From the human T2T-CHM13v2.0 reference genome, Homo sapiens, in assembly GCF_009914755.1 (NCBI RefSeq), contig NC_060932.1: a stretch of 64,000 nt of DNA. The stretch is one strand, 5' to 3'. Position numbers and translations under genes: made by a program. Shown one piece after another: positions 58,346 to 64,000 of this stretch (positions are counted from its first letter, which is position 1; each line of letters starts with the position of its first letter). Under the pieces are notes generated by a model that saw only the letters and a list, made by a program, of their open reading frames with translations, did no database searches and had not been told where the DNA came from.

Positions 58346-58557
58346 TTCCCCTTCTTTCCTTCCTTCTTCCCTCCCTCCCTCCCGCTGCTGCTGCTGCTGC
58401 TGCTGCTGCTTCTTCTTCTTCTTCTTTCTTCTTTCTTCTTTCTTCTTCTTTCTTCTTTCTTCTTCTTCTCTTTTCTTTTCTTCTTCTTCTCCTTCTCCTT
58501 TTCCTCCTCCTCCTCCTCCTCCTCCCTCTCTCTCTCTCTTTCTTTCCCTTCCTTCTT
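58346..58557. repeat. Compound repeat (CCTT/CCCT)n-(GCT)9-(CTT)n-(CCT)n-(CT)n
   Basis: Directly visible; (GCT)9 at 58384-58410; adjoins an antisense L2 3' end at ~58558-58660. Confidence 0.95.
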
Positions 58558-59059
58558 CAATGTTTATTGATTGTTAACTCTGTGCACACATGATCTAAGC
58601 AATGGAGACTCGTAATGAACAAGATAGAGAAGTTTCCTGCTATCATGACATTCTAGCTGAGATTTTCTAAGCATATATCTCATAGTATTCTGAGTTGGAA
58701 TTTTCACTGCCATGAAATGATTATCAGAGGTTAATAATGTTTGAAACCTAGAGCAGAATCAAAATTTTATTGTAATTCTGTAAATCCTGTTTATAAAAGT
58801 ATTATTTCTATTGGTATAATTAGATATTAGAAAGAGCTAATCAATTATATAATAAATTAATGTTGTGATTAAGCAAGGAATGGAAGAATTTTTGGTATTC
58901 CCATCAGAAATTCAAATTAATATTTATATATAAAGATGTTTATCTTAAAATTTTTGAAAAGCTGAATGAAAAATATGGCAAAAGTTAAACAAATAATTAT
59001 GTAGAAATATGATGAAATATGTACCCATTAAAATTATGATTCTTAAGAAGCAATATTAT

Positions 59060-59260
59060 CTAGCTATTAAGGCCACAGACACTGGAGTTAGAACTTTTGT
59101 AATCTTGAGGAAGCTTCGGTGTATCAGTTTCCCCCTCCGTAAAATGGGAATAATAATAATAATACGTACCTCATACATGTGTTGTAAGGATTCATCAGGT
59201 GCTTAGACAGTGTTGACACATAGTAAGTGATCAGTAAGTGTTACCAATCAATGTCTTCTT
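59060..59260 (+). mobile_element. MIR
   Basis: tcagtttccccctccgtaaaatgggaataataataat...acctcata...cacatagtaagtg. Confidence 0.8.
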
Positions 59261-60817
59261 ATTATAATTAGGTAGATTTATGCCATAATATTATAAAATC
59301 GTATATATATATATATAAAAGTTCAATTTTAGAGAATATGCATATTACCAGAAATAAACATATCAAAATGTTAACAGGTGATACCCATGGATGGTACAAT
59401 TATAGTTCATTTTAATCATATACTTCATAAATATTTTGATTGTATATTCTATATGAATTTAGTATTAAATAAATAGTATTAAAATATATTATTAAGTTGC
59501 ATAATTACAATTTCAACATGGTGTCACAGAGGATTTGTTATATACTTGTAAGAAAAAAATCAAAGAAGAGAATTTCTGATTTTGGTGTATATTAACATCA
59601 AGAACACAATTTGAACCAAAGAGTTAAGGTATAATAACAGAATAATTAGAATAATATATTCCCCCTTCCTGACTTAATACAACATTTAAAAATAGAGATA
59701 TGAAAAATAATATGAATACTGCAGTGCATTTTATATTTCAAAAAAATAAACAATGAAAATAGTGTTAACTTAAAGGACACTTCCTGATATCTGAAGCTTG
59801 AGTAACGGCAGGTGAATTTTATAATAACACCCTCCCCACAAAGTCATTGGCGGGCCCACACTATATAAGCTTTATAGTAAGATAAGAGTTAGTCTTTTGC
59901 CTACATCTTTGGAAGCTTTAACTTTATTAGCTCTTCTTTCTTTCCTATGCTGCCTATCTGCAATGTGCAATAACTTACTTTTGGTTTAAGATCAGGAAAT
60001 AATAATTGCTAATATCTTTATTATAAATCGTTTACATTAGACTTTTTACAGGGAAAATATGCATTGTTTACTAGTGAAGTTCAGGTATTTTGTGGTTACA
60101 ATTCATGTTAGTGTAAGGAAAGTGATATATATTCTCCACTGTTAATTTCCCAGGACTATCCAATTCTATTGGGAAGTAATTTTGAATGAATTAGATAATT
60201 ATCATAATTTATTTAAATTGGGCTCATACAGAAACTTCACATCAATAATGCTACAATAAATAATTTTCTAAGAGGAACTGGATTAACCCTGTTGCATACA
60301 CGGTTGGAAAAAATGTAGTTTAAAGTGCAGAAGCTAAAAAGATGAACAAGACAAAATCTTGCTGTCATGGAACTGACATTCTAGTGAGGAAGAGCAAAAA
60401 TGATAAAAGCAAACAAAAACAAATTCACACAATGAAAGCGCTACGCATATAAACAAAGTCAATGCTATAGTTAAGATTGGTGGAGACTTTTCAGAGGAAG
60501 TGACAGACAATTGGAAATATGAATGGCATGAAGACTCCAGTGAAGCCAAGATTAAGGAAAGGATACTTCGAGTAGAGAGAAGCCAATAGCAAATCTAGGG
60601 TGTATGAGAAACAAAGAAAACCACTATGTCTTTGATGCCATGGAGGAAGAACAAATGCTACCAGATTAGTTAGGAATGATAGCAAAGGTGAGATTTTATA
60701 GGGCTTTGTAAATCAGCATTAGAGAGTGGAATTTATTCTAGGTGGAATGGGACATAATTTGAAGGTTTTAAGCAGGGATATGATGTCATGTGATTCACAT
60801 TATATAAAGAATGCCTG

Positions 60818-61048
60818 GGCTGGGCATGGTGGCTCACACCTGTAATCCCAGCACTTTGGGAAGCCGAGGCGGGCAGATCACCTGAGGTCGGGAGTTTGAG
60901 ACGAGCCTGACCAACATGGAGAAACCCCCTCTCTACTAAAAATACAAAAAATTAGCCGGGCAGAGGTTGTGGTGAGCCGAGATCACACCATTGCACGCCA
61001 GCCTTTGCAAGAAGAACAAAACTCTGTCTCGAAAAAAAAAAAAAAAAA
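60818..61048 (+). mobile_element. AluSp with an internal right-arm deletion
   Basis: gaggtcgggagtttgagacgagcctgaccaacatggagaaaccc (Sp diagnostics); TSD AAAGAATGCCTG/AAAGAATGTCTG. Confidence 0.9.
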
Positions 61049-61377
61049 GAATGTCTGGCTTCTCTATGTACATTGTTTATAATGAGGCAATGGTGAAGGC
61101 AGGTGACCTGTTAGGAGACCTTGTGCAGTTGCTCAGGTGAGAGAATGATGGTGTGGGCTGGACAGAGGTAGTGAAGATAGAGGGTGTGCCCAGATTCAAA
61201 GCAAGTTTTAAAGGTAGAATCAACAGAACTTGATAAAGTGTTAGGTGTATGTGGTGAGGGAACATGAAGAATCAAGATTTTTGATCAAGAGTGGAGGATA
61301 AGTTTATTTACTGAAAAGGGGAAGTCTAGGGAAGGAACACATCGGGGAGTGGGAATCAAGGTACTTATTTTGGATGA

Positions 61378-61722
61378 TATATTATAGTCTGCTAGGCCTG
61401 CCATAAAATACCACAGGGTGACTTAAATAACAGAAATTTATTATTTCACGGTGGATGCTGGGAATTCCAAGATCAAGGTTCCAGCAGGGTTTGATTTCTG
61501 GTGAGCGCTCTTCTCCTGGGTTATAGATGGCTGCCTTCTCACTATGTCCTCACATATGTCCTCTTTGATGTCTCTTATAAATGCACTAATCCAAATGGGT
61601 CAGGATCCTATCTTTATGACCTCCTTTAACTTTAATTATGTTATTATTCCAAAGACAGCCACACTAGTGGTTGGGCTTCAACATATACATTTTGGGAGGA
61701 TGCAAACATTCAGTTCATTATA
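61378..61722 (-). mobile_element. MLT1A-type MaLR solo LTR
   Basis: ctgccataaaataccac...aacagaaatttatt...ccaagatcaaggt...gggcttcaacatat...aaacattcagttcat; near-TSD GATGA/GATGG. Confidence 0.85.
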
Positions 61723-63318
61723 GATGGGTTAAATTTAAGTACTTGATACATAGATTATTTTTGCCACCTAAGGACTGGATAAGGTGAACAATGACTAGGT
61801 AGTGAAAAGAAAGCATCCCAGCACTGAGCCTGGGAGCCTCCAATATTTGACATAGTATTAGGAAGAGTTGGCTAAAATTACTGAGAAATGGACCATGAGG
61901 TAGAAAGAAAACTAAGAGTAACAGAAGCCAACAACAACAGATTTTATGAAAAGGAAAGTGGTTAACTGTGTCAAATACTGCTGAAAAGTCAATCAAAATA
62001 TAGTAAAGAAACTGATCATTTGGTTTAGTGATACCCAGATCATTGGTGAACTTGACAAAAGCCATTTCAATAGAGTGGTGGGGTGGATAATTGTGGGTAG
62101 GAAAGTGGAGATAGTAACTCTAGAGAAAATTTTGCTGTGAGGAGAAGTAGAGAAACTGAGTGAGAGTTAAAGGTATTATGCTGTCTTGCAAATGGTTTCT
62201 TTTAAGATCTCAGAGCATATTTGTATGCTGATGAGAGCAGTCCAACAGAGAGGGAGAAATTGATTAAAGAAGGAAGTTTCAGGAGTAAAGTATTTGAGAT
62301 AGTAAAAGAGCATGAGTTGCAGAGACCAAGTAGTGGAGAGGGGCTGGTCTTCCAGATAAACTGAGACACATGATCTATAGTAACAGCGGGAAGAAAACAG
62401 AGAGCATGGGTCTTGATAAGTCTGGGTTGGTAGATTTGAGAGTGGAGAGCTGAAGGAGGTTCTTCCTGTTTGATTGTTTCTAGATGCAATGTATTAACAT
62501 GCTCTGGTTTTGTGAAGGTGCCATAACTTGAAATCTGCTACTAAAGTTACAAAAGACTTCTGTATGAGTTCAGTTGACTTAGAAGAATGCTGAAATCCAT
62601 AATTAAAGTTAGATTTTTCCTGGGAGATAGTTTTATTATAGATGAGCGATTTATTTTACAATTAATAAAACAACAAGGGAACAAGAGTATTTTGTGAAAA
62701 GCAGGCCACAATTTTTTATGTCTGTGATCCATCCTTCAGTAAGCAGTGTAGTTAGAGATTAGTACATTCAAAGTAGTACTCAAAACAAAAAATAGTATAC
62801 TTGTAAGTACCATAAGAAAACCAAATCAAAAATATTAATCCATGTTGTCACAAATGACAGGATTCCCTTCTTTTTTAAGGCAGAAAGTTATTCAATTTTT
62901 GAAAAGTACATCAACAAGAAAGCATAAATTGTCAAAATCATTGCATCTATAAAGATTCATATTTAAATACAAATTTCTCAGAGAAATGGAAATCATTATG
63001 GTCTTTCAGCAATAAAGAGATTGTCGACTCAATATTGATGTAATGGTCACCATGGGTACTCATATTTCCATCACAACTTTTACCTTTGTGCCTCAAAACC
63101 TCAGTTGAACCAGAAGAGAATGGAAGAAAGAGAAAGAGGGAGGGAGGAAGGAAGACTATTTTCTTTTTTCCTTCTAAGATAGTTTTTTGAGAAGCTTTTT
63201 CTCCCTCATATCCTGTCTGTTTCAAAAGAGAATTTGAAATAGCTTCAAAAAATACAAACTGTACAATAAGAAAATAAATAATATGGAAAAAACGAAGACC
63301 AATCCCGAGGTAACAGAA

Positions 63319-63714
63319 AGATATAGTTTGGATACTTGTCCCCTTCGAATTTCATGTTGAAATTTGATTCCCAGTGTTGGAGGTGGGGCCTGGTAAGAAG
63401 TGTTTGGGTCATGGGGGAGGATCTCTCATGAATGGCTTGGTGCTGTCCTCCCAGGGTAACGGGTTTTTGTTCTATTAGTTCCAATAGGATTGTTAAAAAG
63501 AGGCTGGCGACCCCTGCCCTCTTTCTTGTTCCCTCTCCCACCGTGTGACACTCAGGCTGTCTGCCCTGAGTGGAAGCTTCCTGAAACTCTCACCAGAAAC
63601 AGATTCTGGCTCCATGCTTCTTGAAGAGCCTGCAAAACCATGAGCCAAATACACCTCTTTATAAATTACCCAACTTTAGTTATTGCTTTATAGCAATTCA
63701 GATGGACTAAGACA
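63319..63714 (+). mobile_element. MSTB-like MaLR solo LTR
   Basis: gatatagtttggata...cagtgttggaggtggggcctgg...ataaattaccca...gatggactaagaca. Confidence 0.88.
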
Positions 63715-64000
63715 TAGAGTTTACGTAGAAGGCAACTGACTCAAATTCAGTACGGTTGCTGGAGGTGGGCTTCCTGGAACCCAAAGTAAAGAAGTAAATT
63801 CTGTCAATTACACAAAAGCACAACATCATACAGTAAAGAGACTTTTTTTCCCAGCATAAATATATCTGTTTCTGTTTTCTTTCATGTTTATTTATGAGGG
63901 AAGTGCCATGTAATATCCTTTGCTATATTAAGTTAATATAGCTAATTGAGTTAATGTTTCTTAAACTCCAGAATTTTAATATGTATTTTTCTTGTCATAA

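Larger units (their letters stand above)
60335..62490 (-). mobile_element. Long L2 fragment hosting AluSp and MLT1A
   Basis: gctgtcatggaactgacattctagtg; gaaggttttaagcaggg; ggttaactgtgtcaaatactgctgaaaagtc (antisense RT motif; ORF text DFSAVFDTVNH). Confidence 0.85.

Noticed and set aside
58237-58593. Poly-Ala/Ser/Leu and poly-Glu/Lys/Arg ORFs
   Set aside because: Translations of the compound microsatellite on either strand
62947-63225. 92 aa minus-strand ORF and a possible 16-nt microexon after a pyrimidine tract
   Set aside because: No recognisable protein similarity; the GAG acceptor and GTAAAA donor are weak

Overview
This is primate (human-like) nuclear DNA, AT-rich and dominated by interspersed repeats: AluY/S/J and FLAM, L1PA and old L1M LINEs, L2, MIR, MaLR and ERV1 solo LTRs, and hAT and Tigger DNA-transposon fossils. 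I found no host protein-coding exon, RNA gene, CpG island or prokaryote-type system. The only clearly protein-like ORFs are broken L1 ORF2 remnants, so the window looks intronic or intergenic. The most interesting signals are retrotransposon and DNA-repair scars: (i) a ~320 bp tract nearly identical between two L1PA copies 19 kb apart, including a shared nonsense codon (candidate gene conversion); (ii) a 5'-to-5' fusion of two different L1s with a candidate 3' transduction; (iii) an AT-rich quasi-palindrome; (iv) twin-priming inversions and deeply nested insertions; (v) a few candidate cis-regulatory clusters. I do not see a previously undescribed biological system. Subfamily names come from remembered consensus features, and boundaries of old repeats are approximate.
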